From the IMG/VR virus record IMGVR_UViG_3300035698_010295, positions 13,668 to 77,667 of that record: 64,000 nt of DNA; one strand, given 5' to 3'. This document shows positions 10,436-17,847 of this stretch, one piece after another. Source of the DNA: a virus. How positions within the stretch are numbered: position 1 is the first letter of the stretch; the number at the start of each line of letters is the position of its first letter. Below the pieces are notes generated by a model, which saw only the letters and a program-made list of their open reading frames with translations, was not told where the DNA came from and searched no databases. The position numbers and the translations under genes were made by a program.

Positions 10436-10849
10436 TCATGATAAGTACCTCGCAAATCTTTTAGCTGCTGTTTTAGCCTGGCCAAGTGTTTTAATTGTTA
10501 TAGTGCCGTGTTCACCAAACGGTGTTATGATCTTATTGCCTTTAAATGTAGATGAAAATAACTTATCACCAATTGAGAAACCAAAAATACCACGATGACT
10601 CCAACCAAACCAAGCTTGTAAAGATTCACTAAATCCTATTTGAGCAACAGTCCCCAATATATCCGCAGATTGCAGTTGACGTAAGTCACGCTTTTTACAT
10701 AGTGCTCTAGCCACATTAGATGAGCCAATATAAGACCCATCTAAATCTGAATAGCAACTAACCAATTCATAGCTACTCTTACCTGATTTAATAATCTCTC
10801 TACGGTAAAAGTAACCAGGGTAATGGCGTTCAAATTTAATTTTTTTCAT
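10436..10849 (-). CDS. hypothetical phage protein
   Basis: 137 aa, WFGWSHRG motif. Confidence 0.6.
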   Translation of the reverse strand: MKKIKFERHYPGYFYRREIIKSGKSSYELVSCYSDLDGSYIGSSNVARALCKKRDLRQLQSADILGTVAQIGFSESLQAWFGWSHRGIFGFSIGDKLFSSTFKGNKIITPFGEHGTITIKTLGQAKTAAKRFARYLS

Positions 10850-11136
10850 TCTTGTTCCATCATAATAAGGTAAAATAGTGCGTAGTTAATGACATCTTTC
10901 ATTGTATCTTTGATTGATTCATCTTTAACTTCTAGAGCACCTTTTTTATGTAATTGTTTTAGCCTACAGATTTTATCACTGAGCCTAACAGCGATACCTA
11001 GCAGACCATAATCTCTAAGGTTCTCAAAGACATCTTCATTAGATGAATAATCATGGCCTTTAGCAAGCCGTAATACTTTTAGTTCTTCTAATAAAGTATC
11101 AATATCATTTTCGCGTTGTTCTTTAGTGTAAATTAT
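10846..11136 (-). CDS. DUF1599/nucleotide-modification-associated domain-like protein with non-ATG (ATA) start; missing from the ORF track
   Basis: 96-codon frame IIYTKEQ...KGHDYS...GIAVRLSDKICRL...DESIKDTMKDVINYA; GGAGA 6 nt upstream; stop overlaps the next ATG (ATGA). Confidence 0.7.
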   Translation of the reverse strand: MIYTKEQRENDIDTLLEELKVLRLAKGHDYSSNEDVFENLRDYGLLGIAVRLSDKICRLKQLHKKGALEVKDESIKDTMKDVINYALFYLIMMEQE

Positions 11137-11201
11137 TTAAATTCTCCAAAGAAAATGCCAAGCAGACAGTAGATGGATGAGTATAAGATGTGATTAACTG
11201 C

Positions 11202-11600
11202 CTACCTGACATCAAAAATTCTATTGTAGTGATCTTCTAACTTATCCCAAACTGCTTCAATACCAAAACTAAGTAGTGTCTTCAATAATTCCTCAGCTAT
11301 ATAATAAGCTAAGTCTCGGTAATAACAGTTGCCTTTTAGGTATAAACAATCTTTGTTGTAATTTGATCCAGGTAGCTGCTTTCTTGAGTGAATAATTATA
11401 CAAGCTGCCCACGGTGGTCTATTGAAACTATTATCTAAATGCCAAATAGTAAATATTTTAAATTCTATTACTGCTTCATCACAGTGTAAGAGCATGTTTA
11501 AATCACAGCAGTGCATACCTATATTTGTTTCTGGGCTGTCGGTGCGTTTATCCCAAGCTGGTGAAATCTTAATTTCTCTTTTAAATTCTTGGTTATTCAT
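11202..11600 (-). CDS. hypothetical protein
   Basis: 132 aa ORF. Confidence 0.6.
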   Translation of the reverse strand: MNNQEFKREIKISPAWDKRTDSPETNIGMHCCDLNMLLHCDEAVIEFKIFTIWHLDNSFNRPPWAACIIIHSRKQLPGSNYNKDCLYLKGNCYYRDLAYYIAEELLKTLLSFGIEAVWDKLEDHYNRIFDVR

Positions 11601-11604
11601 TTAA

Positions 11605-12480
11605 TCAACCTTCAACATGTTTAACAATACAAGTTTTATCGGCTATAATTTTACACATATCATAAACTTTTATTTTACACTTATCAAATACTTTTACAAT
11701 ACAAGCATCTTTAACAGTTAACGTACATGAATCATAAGCTTTTACACGACAAGCTTTACAAGCATGTATTTTACAAGAATTCTTAGCGTATATTCTACAA
11801 GAGCCACTAGCAGACACTTCACACTTATTGTAAGCATTAATAATGCCTGAACCATTAGCATGTAGTTTACATATATCATGAACATTTACAGTACAATTAT
11901 CCCCCACCCGCACGTGACAATTATTAAATCCATTTACCACACATAAATCATATGCTAATATCTCACAAGCATCATAAGCTGTAACCATACACATTTGACA
12001 AAGTTCAACTTTACAATTATTATGAGCATATACTTTACACTTATCAGAAGCATTAACTTTACAAGCATCGTAAGCATATATAAGACAAGAATCATTAGCT
12101 AGTATAGTACATTTACCGTGAGCTCTTATAAAGCATTTTCCATATGCGTATATATTTTGATCATCCTTAATTTCTATTTCTTCATTAATAAAGACTTTAC
12201 TTTTAAACCAATCTGGTAATACAAATCTAACGCGTCTCTCAACATCTTTAGAATCATACCAATCTGGTCTTAAATCTTGATCTAAATTATATTTCCAATT
12301 AGTTGTGGGGCTACTTAAATCACCATCTGGTGGTGATATTTCTATTCTAACAAAAGTTGGATCTCCACGCACATCTAACTCTTTTAACTTAAATTCCTCA
12401 ATAATATCTTCATGGCTATCAGTTTTAGTTGACCAGTAAACTTTTTTCTTAGTAACAATCATACTTGCAGGTTCACACAT
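11605..12480 (-). CDS. beta-helix-like repeat protein
   Basis: About 20 eight-residue repeats of type AYDxCxVx in the C-terminal two thirds; AAGGAG RBS. Confidence 0.65.
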   Translation of the reverse strand: MCEPASMIVTKKKVYWSTKTDSHEDIIEEFKLKELDVRGDPTFVRIEISPPDGDLSSPTTNWKYNLDQDLRPDWYDSKDVERRVRFVLPDWFKSKVFINEEIEIKDDQNIYAYGKCFIRAHGKCTILANDSCLIYAYDACKVNASDKCKVYAHNNCKVELCQMCMVTAYDACEILAYDLCVVNGFNNCHVRVGDNCTVNVHDICKLHANGSGIINAYNKCEVSASGSCRIYAKNSCKIHACKACRVKAYDSCTLTVKDACIVKVFDKCKIKVYDMCKIIADKTCIVKHVEG

Positions 12481-12502
12481 TAATAATCTCCTTTAAATAG
12501 TA

Positions 12503-12587
12503 TGCCCGAAGTGGGAGTCGAACCCACACGAGAGTTAATCTCAAGGGATCTTAAATCCCTTGTGTCTGCCAATTCCACCATTCGGGC
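12503..12587 (-). tRNA. tRNA-Leu(UAA)
   Basis: GCCCGAA/TTCGGGC acceptor stem, AGGGA-TTTAAGA-TCCCT anticodon arm, long variable arm, GTGGG-TTCGACT-CCCAC T arm, discriminator A, no encoded CCA. Confidence 0.93.
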
Positions 12588-12936
12588 TATTAGCTTCTTT
12601 TAATAATTCATCTAATTCTTTAAAAGTTGGATCAGTTTGTTTAAGATGATCTATATACTTAGTATTATCTTTAATAGCACACTGTATCTTATTTGTAATA
12701 TTAACATCTTTAATAGTTTGTTGTATGATTCTATCTTGAAGCTCACCAATTATATCACGTAATGCATGAGATAACATGGTATTAACTTCTTCTTCAATAT
12801 GATCTGTGTTTCTGATACAACAAGCAGATGTACTAGTTAAATGTTTACCATCAATACTAGCATTAACTATGAGTTTGACTGTAATATCATAATTAATCTC
12901 AAAACATAATTGGTGTTCTATTTCTATATTAATCAC
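12541..12936 (-). CDS. hypothetical protein (3' end runs into the tRNA)
   Basis: 131 aa, 4-nt overlap with the Ro60 stop. Confidence 0.55.
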   Translation of the reverse strand: MINIEIEHQLCFEINYDITVKLIVNASIDGKHLTSTSACCIRNTDHIEEEVNTMLSHALRDIIGELQDRIIQQTIKDVNITNKIQCAIKDNTKYIDHLKQTDPTFKELDELLKEANSPNGGIGRHKGFKIP

Positions 12937-14492
12937 TTTGAAAACTCCGATATTACATTGGGGGTGGCAGTATCAAAACCCACAACATCTAACATACCAG
13001 GATCGCTTGGATCAGCTATTGAAAACTCAGTGGGTTCCATAGACACTACAATTAATTTAGCATAGATACCTGTTTTCTTGCGATACTTTAATAAAGCTTG
13101 TACTGGGTGAATACCACCACACCAAGTTTCATTATCGGTATAGATAACAAACGTGTCTACACTTATATTGTGTTCTAAAGCATAGATCATTGGTAATGAG
13201 CAGTCTGTCCTACCAAAAGGTAAACCTTTTACCGTTTTTACAACATCATCAAGTCTTTGTCTAGGAGATATATTTAATGTTGTTAATCTACTTGTAAAAG
13301 CTGTAATCACATAATTAGGCTCCACACTAGCAGTGATTAGAGCCATAGCTGCTGTGCCAATCCGTGGTGAAATACCAGTCATACCTGCAAGATCAGTGTG
13401 ACTCATTGAACTTGATACATCTAAGGCTAACATTGTACGTTTACACGTTGGTTTAACAGTGTCAAAAGAAAGATAGAAAGCTTGATCGAGTGCATCAATA
13501 ATACTGGTGTTTGGACTCCAAGATAATGAGCCTTTAAAACCATGTCCCTTAGTGTATGTGTTTAGTGCCACAAGTATAGAGAGTGGATGTACTCTAGCCT
13601 TTTTGAGTTGATCTTTGTCTGTTAATCTTTGAACTATTAGATTAGCAGACATTGGACCTATAGTACCGACAGATGTCATTTTGCCAAGGTTGCGAATCAT
13701 AGCAGTCAGTGGCATTTTTTCTAGCAGAGCATCCCAGATATTTTTGTTGTTTAGCATCTCAGTAGGGATAGCTTCACGAGGTAAATTGTATGCCCTGATC
13801 ATGTTATATAGGATTTCTGACTCACAAATTTGTGCATCTTCATACGCTCGTACTATGGCAGGTGCAGTTGGTGTAAGTTTGCCTTGTGTTATCCAGTGAT
13901 ACAAAGATTGATATGTTGAATTTGGTGGTATGGGATGACTCTTACGTAGAGCATCTCTATGTGACCAGCCATCTCTTTGTCGATATTTTATACATTGGTA
14001 AGCTAAAGCATCTACATCCTTGTCATTATACCAATTAGCTACAGCAGTACGTAATAAGCGACCCCACCCGCGGAATTGTTGAACAAATTCCAAGAAATGA
14101 AATAGATGTGTACCTATTCTGGCAACCTTGGGCAACTGAGCCAAGGCGTAGTTCTTTTCATCACCAATACTAGCTGCCATAGCCAAAGCAAAAAGGCAAG
14201 GGTCATTTTTAGGTGCCCTGCCTTCAGTACTAATCTCAGTGATTTTGTCAATCGTTCTTTTAGCATCCAAATCTAAGCAACGTAAAACACACTTAGCATT
14301 ATCGCTGGTGAGCTTATGTTCTTTAACATAGTAAGTGCCACCCTCTGAGCCTAGGATTAAGAATCTCTCAAGACGGTACCAATCACTAATTGACCAGACA
14401 AAGCCTCCGGCATTGTTGCCAACCTGGTTAGAACCAGGGATTGCCTCCGATTGTGGTGTTACTAGTGTGCTAAAATTCTGGTAAGTCTTCAT
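12933..14492 (-). CDS. rsr: Ro60/TROVE-domain RNA-binding protein
   Basis: NNAGGF, RFLILGSEGGTYY, KYRQRDGWSHRD, AMIRNLGKM, vWA MIDAS DVSSSM, YTDNETW, MLDVVGFD. Confidence 0.95.
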   Translation of the reverse strand: MKTYQNFSTLVTPQSEAIPGSNQVGNNAGGFVWSISDWYRLERFLILGSEGGTYYVKEHKLTSDNAKCVLRCLDLDAKRTIDKITEISTEGRAPKNDPCLFALAMAASIGDEKNYALAQLPKVARIGTHLFHFLEFVQQFRGWGRLLRTAVANWYNDKDVDALAYQCIKYRQRDGWSHRDALRKSHPIPPNSTYQSLYHWITQGKLTPTAPAIVRAYEDAQICESEILYNMIRAYNLPREAIPTEMLNNKNIWDALLEKMPLTAMIRNLGKMTSVGTIGPMSANLIVQRLTDKDQLKKARVHPLSILVALNTYTKGHGFKGSLSWSPNTSIIDALDQAFYLSFDTVKPTCKRTMLALDVSSSMSHTDLAGMTGISPRIGTAAMALITASVEPNYVITAFTSRLTTLNISPRQRLDDVVKTVKGLPFGRTDCSLPMIYALEHNISVDTFVIYTDNETWCGGIHPVQALLKYRKKTGIYAKLIVVSMEPTEFSIADPSDPGMLDVVGFDTATPNVISEFSK

Positions 14493-14511
14493 AATAGTCT
14501 CCTAAATAAAA

Positions 14512-14582
14512 TGGATAAGTTGTGTTAATAGATATGCGTGGGTACGAACCCACTATCTTGGTAACCTATTAACTTCGACCCA
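14512..14582 (-). ncRNA. Y RNA-like element with an apical T-arm hairpin
   Basis: TGGGTCGAAGTTAATAGGTTACC...GTGGG-TTCGTA-CCCAC...CTATTAAC-ACAACTTATCCA; bulged-C Ro stem, directly 5' of ro60. Confidence 0.8.
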
Positions 14583-14584
14583 AA

Positions 14585-14707
14585 CCAGAGGGCAGGACTC
14601 GAACCTGCGACCACGCTATTAAAATTAGATAACCAACAATTGCCGACCCAAAAGGATAAGTTATTAACTGTCGAGTTTACGTGCTCTGCCAACTGAGCTA
14701 CCTCTGG
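14585..14707 (-). ncRNA. tRNA-Y RNA chimera 1 (tRNA body with anticodon loop replaced by a Ro-binding stem)
   Basis: CCAGAGG/CCTCTGG acceptor, TAGCTCAGTTGGCAGAGC D arm, GCAGG-TTCGAGT-CCTGC T arm; insert ...AACTTATCC-TTTT-GGGTCGGCAATTGTTGGTTATC... Confidence 0.8.
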
Positions 14708-14711
14708 TAAT

Positions 14712-14835
14712 GTGCGGGGTGGGAGTCGAACCCACTATCTTCAGACCCTAGATAATCAATAACCTTCGACCCTATTGGGTTAGTTTATGGCTATCGAGTG
14801 TTTATTCTGACGCTCAACCGTTGAGCTTCCCGCAC
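14712..14835 (-). ncRNA. tRNA-Y RNA chimera 2
   Basis: GTGCGGG/CCCGCAC acceptor, GCTC/GAGC D stem, TCAGA/TCTGA anticodon stem enclosing a 60-nt insert ...AACTAACCC-AATA-GGGTCGAAGGTTATTGATTATC..., GTGGG-TTCGACT-CCCAC T arm. Confidence 0.8.
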
Positions 14836-14839
14836 TACA

Positions 14840-14899
14840 GACGAGCAAGTTATTGTTCTGGGGATTCTTAAGCAGATAACCCAGAACATTCGGCTCGTC
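14840..14899 (-). ncRNA. minimal Y RNA-like hairpin
   Basis: GACGAGC-CGAA-TGTTCTGGG-TTATC...CCCAGAACA-ATAACTT-GCTCGTC. Confidence 0.75.
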
Positions 14900-14912
14900 A
14901 CAATTTAATCAA

Positions 14913-15152
14913 TCATAGGTTTAATAGGGTATTGATTATAACTTCTTTGACTTTTTCATCAAGTGCTTCAACTTCTGCTAATAAGGCAGCAGGAAAGATA
15001 ATTTCTTTATCACTACTGTAAGTGCTTGAGTTAAAAGTTTCTGTAGCTACAATTTTATCACCCAATTTAACAGAGTAAGTGCCCATCAACTTTTTTTTAT
15101 TAGTGTCTTTTTCTTCATAACGCCATGATTTTGTTTCAATAGTTAGATTCAT
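14913..15152 (-). CDS. hypothetical protein
   Basis: 79 aa ORF within the RNA array. Confidence 0.6.
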   Translation of the reverse strand: MNLTIETKSWRYEEKDTNKKKLMGTYSVKLGDKIVATETFNSSTYSSDKEIIFPAALLAEVEALDEKVKEVIINTLLNL

Positions 15153-15463
15153 CTTCCCTCACAATCTGAACAAGCACAACCAACACTGTGATTTGAGTCC
15201 GCTGTTAATATTACTCCAATATGTTTTAAAAGTTTGTTTAGTTGATCATCTGTGTGATCATACCAAGGTGGATTAATTATTAGTCGATCATCTTTAACAA
15301 ACACATGAAATTTACATGATCGCCCTTTTACGTAATCCATGTGTATTGATTTATCAGGTTGAATAAACGCTAATGCTTCGTCAGCTGTAAGTTGATCACC
15401 CTGTTGAAAGTGTAGTAGACCCAATCCTAGTGGTTTAGAAAGGTCATACACTTTTTTAATCAT
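15149..15463 (-). CDS. hypothetical protein
   Basis: 104 aa, DYVKGR motif, C-terminal HxxxCxCxxC. Confidence 0.6.
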   Translation of the reverse strand: MIKKVYDLSKPLGLGLLHFQQGDQLTADEALAFIQPDKSIHMDYVKGRSCKFHVFVKDDRLIINPPWYDHTDDQLNKLLKHIGVILTADSNHSVGCACSDCEGR

Positions 15464-15513
15464 TTGATTTGGTCAACATTTGTAACATCAATCATAATAG
15501 TTTCCTTTAATAA

Positions 15514-15621
15514 TTATTCTTCGTCATCATCACCAATTAACAATGAATCCAAACACACCACACAGTAATTTGGATCATCAAATTCATCTAACTCACAATC
15601 ACAAATTTGACAATTTGCCAT
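15514..15621 (-). CDS. 35-aa acidic zinc-finger microprotein; missing from the ORF track
   Basis: MANCQICDCELDEFDDPNYCVVCLDSLLIGDDDEE; AAGGAG RBS. Confidence 0.55.
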   Translation of the reverse strand: MANCQICDCELDEFDDPNYCVVCLDSLLIGDDDEE

Positions 15622-15670
15622 AACTATCTCCTTAATATTTAATAAAACAGTGACCATTGAAAACAAAATA

Positions 15671-15729
15671 AGGGCAAGTGATTTATTGTGGGAGAAATCA
15701 CCTAAAGATAACCCACAACATTCGGCCCT
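15671..15729 (-). ncRNA. minimal Y RNA-like hairpin
   Basis: AGGGC-CGAA-TGTTGTGGG-TTATC...CCCACAATA-AATCACTT-GCCCT. Confidence 0.75.
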
Positions 15730-15732
15730 AAC

Positions 15733-15796
15733 GGCCCCTTGTGGTGTAGCTCCACTATAGCGTATATTTTCATATACATTGGTTCAACCAGGGGCC
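15733..15796 (-). ncRNA. candidate degenerate cloverleaf / multi-stem RNA
   Basis: 7-bp closing stem GGCCCCT/AGGGGCC enclosing GTATAT-GAAA-ATATAC and GTGG-AGCTACA-CCAC hairpins; lies between two Y-like elements. Confidence 0.4.
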
Positions 15797-15805
15797 TTAA
15801 AAAAG

Positions 15806-15883
15806 TAGGGCAAAATTATGTCAATTGGTAATTGAGATTAGCTTTAAAAACTGTTATGTGATAACCAACTAACTTCGGCCCTA
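15806..15883 (-). ncRNA. Y RNA-like hairpin
   Basis: TAGGGC-CGAA-GTTAGTTGG-TTATC...CCAATTGAC-ATAATTTT-GCCCTA. Confidence 0.7.
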
Positions 15884-15913
15884 ACATTTAACTTGGTTCC
15901 CCCAAACAGAACA

Positions 15914-16081
15914 TCACCCCTTATTCTTTTCGGACATAGCTACTACGTCAATACCCTGTTGGCGTACCATTTCTTCCTTAGTGATTCTGCGAGCAATGAT
16001 GTTGACCTCAAGATCTGCGTCAATATTTACACCATCTTCATTAAAATACTTGTTTGTTTGTTCGATTCTGTGAGTAGACAT
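15914..16081 (-). CDS. 55-aa hypothetical protein; missing from the ORF track
   Basis: MSTHRIEQTNKYFNEDG...KNKG; AAGG upstream. Confidence 0.5.
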   Translation of the reverse strand: MSTHRIEQTNKYFNEDGVNIDADLEVNIIARRITKEEMVRQQGIDVVAMSEKNKG

Positions 16082-16096
16082 AATTAATACCTTTAA

Positions 16097-16435
16097 TTAG
16101 AGTTTTAAAAATTGCCACCAATTACATGATTTGAATAATTTTTCATACTCAGCATCAGTTGCGTCCGTCAAAATCCATATACCTGAACCGTTTGCTACAA
16201 TTTGGGGGAACCATTCTAACTGTGCTGGTGTAAATTGATAATTTGTCAGGTTCTTAACTTCAACCCAACGTGGTCCATATCTTCTGTGTGTACAAAATAA
16301 ATCTGGGAAACCACTCTGGAACATTGAGCCATGAGTGGGTTTAACTAACCATTCCCGGATTCTGAGATATTCAATAATAGATTTTTGAATATAGTACTCA
16401 GGTCCGTGCTTTTTCTTTGCTTGGAATGATTTCAT
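16097..16435 (-). CDS. VRR-NUC (PD-(D/E)XK) nuclease
   Basis: E-x2-IQ, SGFPDL, WVEVK, TPAQ. Confidence 0.8.
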   Translation of the reverse strand: MKSFQAKKKHGPEYYIQKSIIEYLRIREWLVKPTHGSMFQSGFPDLFCTHRRYGPRWVEVKNLTNYQFTPAQLEWFPQIVANGSGIWILTDATDAEYEKLFKSCNWWQFLKL

Positions 16436-16814
16436 TTAAAAGGAACCTTGCGTATGTTACATAAATCAAGGACCAATAGCTAGAGTCAATGTCTATAGCC
16501 TTCCATATAAAATATTGTGGTTCTTTGATTATACTTGTTATTGTACAAGAACTGATCTCTGAAATCACTGAAGCGATATTTTTTTGAGTGTGATTGCCAT
16601 TCAATAAGCTATAGATCATAAATCTACTAGCACTGCGTAAAGTTCCATAAGCACGAGCAGTTTGAAACTTACACAATTCTTCCCTGGCCCTACATTGGAA
16701 ATAATCGCTTGAGCTATTCAGGATTATCTGATTTGTCGGTGCTTTCAGTTGGAGGTCCACCCTCTTCAACAGTCGTGATGCCACTCTTTTGTTGTAATTT
16801 TGTTTTGATTTCAT
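16398..16814 (-). CDS. hypothetical protein
   Basis: 138 aa ORF; start uncertain. Confidence 0.45.
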   Translation of the reverse strand: MKSKQNYNKRVASRLLKRVDLQLKAPTNQIILNSSSDYFQCRAREELCKFQTARAYGTLRSASRFMIYSLLNGNHTQKNIASVISEISSCTITSIIKEPQYFIWKAIDIDSSYWSLIYVTYARFLLNEIIPSKEKART

Positions 16815-17016
16815 TTTGAGTTATAATACCTTTCTCTATAAGGATGTCTAATACCACATTAAAAATTATATTTGCTTGTTTTAGTTGTTTAATATCTTTT
16901 TCTGTTTCATTGGCAAAATCTCCTACACCCTCAAAGGCACGAGTGACCTCCTTAAATTGGTTGATAATTGTAGGATGTACTTTAAGGGCTTTTCTTTTTA
17001 ATTGTCGTTTTGCCAT
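16714..17016 (-). CDS. hypothetical protein
   Basis: 100 aa, AAGGAAG RBS. Confidence 0.55.
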   Translation of the reverse strand: MAKRQLKRKALKVHPTIINQFKEVTRAFEGVGDFANETEKDIKQLKQANIIFNVVLDILIEKGIITQNEIKTKLQQKSGITTVEEGGPPTESTDKSDNPE

Positions 17017-17365
17017 AAATCTTCCTTGAAAATTTAGGTAATTTTTTCCACTCTTCTTTAAAATCTTTAAGTGCTCGATTAAGAATGATTTGTTCAGCTA
17101 ATCCTTCGACATCCATCATAGTATAAAACGCCCAAGTTTCCGGTTTAACAAGTGAGTAGGCCTGTTGAAACTCACTATAAATATTGCCTGAAATATGTAT
17201 CAAGCAAGTATGAACATCAGTGACGTAAACTGATTTTACATCTTCGCGGTCCAGTCTTTTAATAATTTGTTTAATAACATTTTCACTAATTTTAGCAGTT
17301 TTCAACATGAGTCCAAGTTCTTGAATAAGTCTTATGCAATCTTTTGCTCTTTCATCTCTTGTCAT
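16982..17365 (-). CDS. hypothetical protein
   Basis: 127 aa, GAGG RBS. Confidence 0.55.
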   Translation of the reverse strand: MTRDERAKDCIRLIQELGLMLKTAKISENVIKQIIKRLDREDVKSVYVTDVHTCLIHISGNIYSEFQQAYSLVKPETWAFYTMMDVEGLAEQIILNRALKDFKEEWKKLPKFSRKIYGKTTIKKKSP

Positions 17366-17664
17366 AATAACCTCTTAATATGTATTATTAGTGCATCTTT
17401 ATGCATCTTACTAAAATAAGCTATACCTAATTGTGATGCCATAGATCTTAATTCAGCCACTGAGTAATCTTCTAATTCATTTTTTAGCCTATCATGAATC
17501 ACCTTTCTTAAATTTTTTAAATCACATTTATCTATTAGTTCTTCTATGTTGGGTATCAATTTCCATGTTTGTTCAAATCTATACGAATTTACAAGATAAT
17601 CTAAATTACGTAAGGATAGTAATTTATATTTGACTTGTGCTTTCATCTGAGTCAAGGTTGTCAT
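17362..17664 (-). CDS. protein with a C-terminal Rho-N-like (HeH) domain
   Basis: YSVAELRSMASQLGIAYFSKMHKDALI. Confidence 0.55.
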   Translation of the reverse strand: MTTLTQMKAQVKYKLLSLRNLDYLVNSYRFEQTWKLIPNIEELIDKCDLKNLRKVIHDRLKNELEDYSVAELRSMASQLGIAYFSKMHKDALIIHIKRLL

Positions 17665-17839
17665 TCAGCATATCCTCATCAATTTTATTGGAAGCCATTT
17701 TACACATTTTTTCTAGTGCAACACAACAAGAGGAGTACATTGTTAATTCAAAATTGTGAAGAGGACAATACCTAGACTTATCTCCAAAATAAAGTATAAT
17801 ATCTTGAACTTTAATCCAAAAAGCCACTTCTATTGACAT
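17624..17839 (-). CDS. hypothetical protein
   Basis: 71 aa, AGGAG RBS. Confidence 0.5.
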   Translation of the reverse strand: MSIEVAFWIKVQDIILYFGDKSRYCPLHNFELTMYSSCCVALEKMCKMASNKIDEDMLNDNLDSDESTSQI

Positions 17840-17847
17840 TGAAACTC

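Noticed and set aside
11605-12480. Diversity-generating retroelement target or template
   Set aside because: No reverse transcriptase and no TR/VR pair seen; the repeats are at protein level.
14585-14835. Ordinary tRNAs with group I/II or archaeal-type introns, or tmRNA
   Set aside because: The inserts are only ~60 nt, too short for self-splicing introns. They match the neighbouring Y-like stems. No tag ORF or pseudoknot region is evident, and the phage has bacterial features (sigma factor, Shine-Dalgarno sites).
14512-15883. CRISPR array
   Set aside because: The repeated motifs are structural, not identical or regularly spaced, and no cas genes are present.
15893-16087. Plus-strand 64-aa ORF
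   Set aside because: A co-oriented minus-strand 55-aa ORF (15914..16081) fits the operon better.
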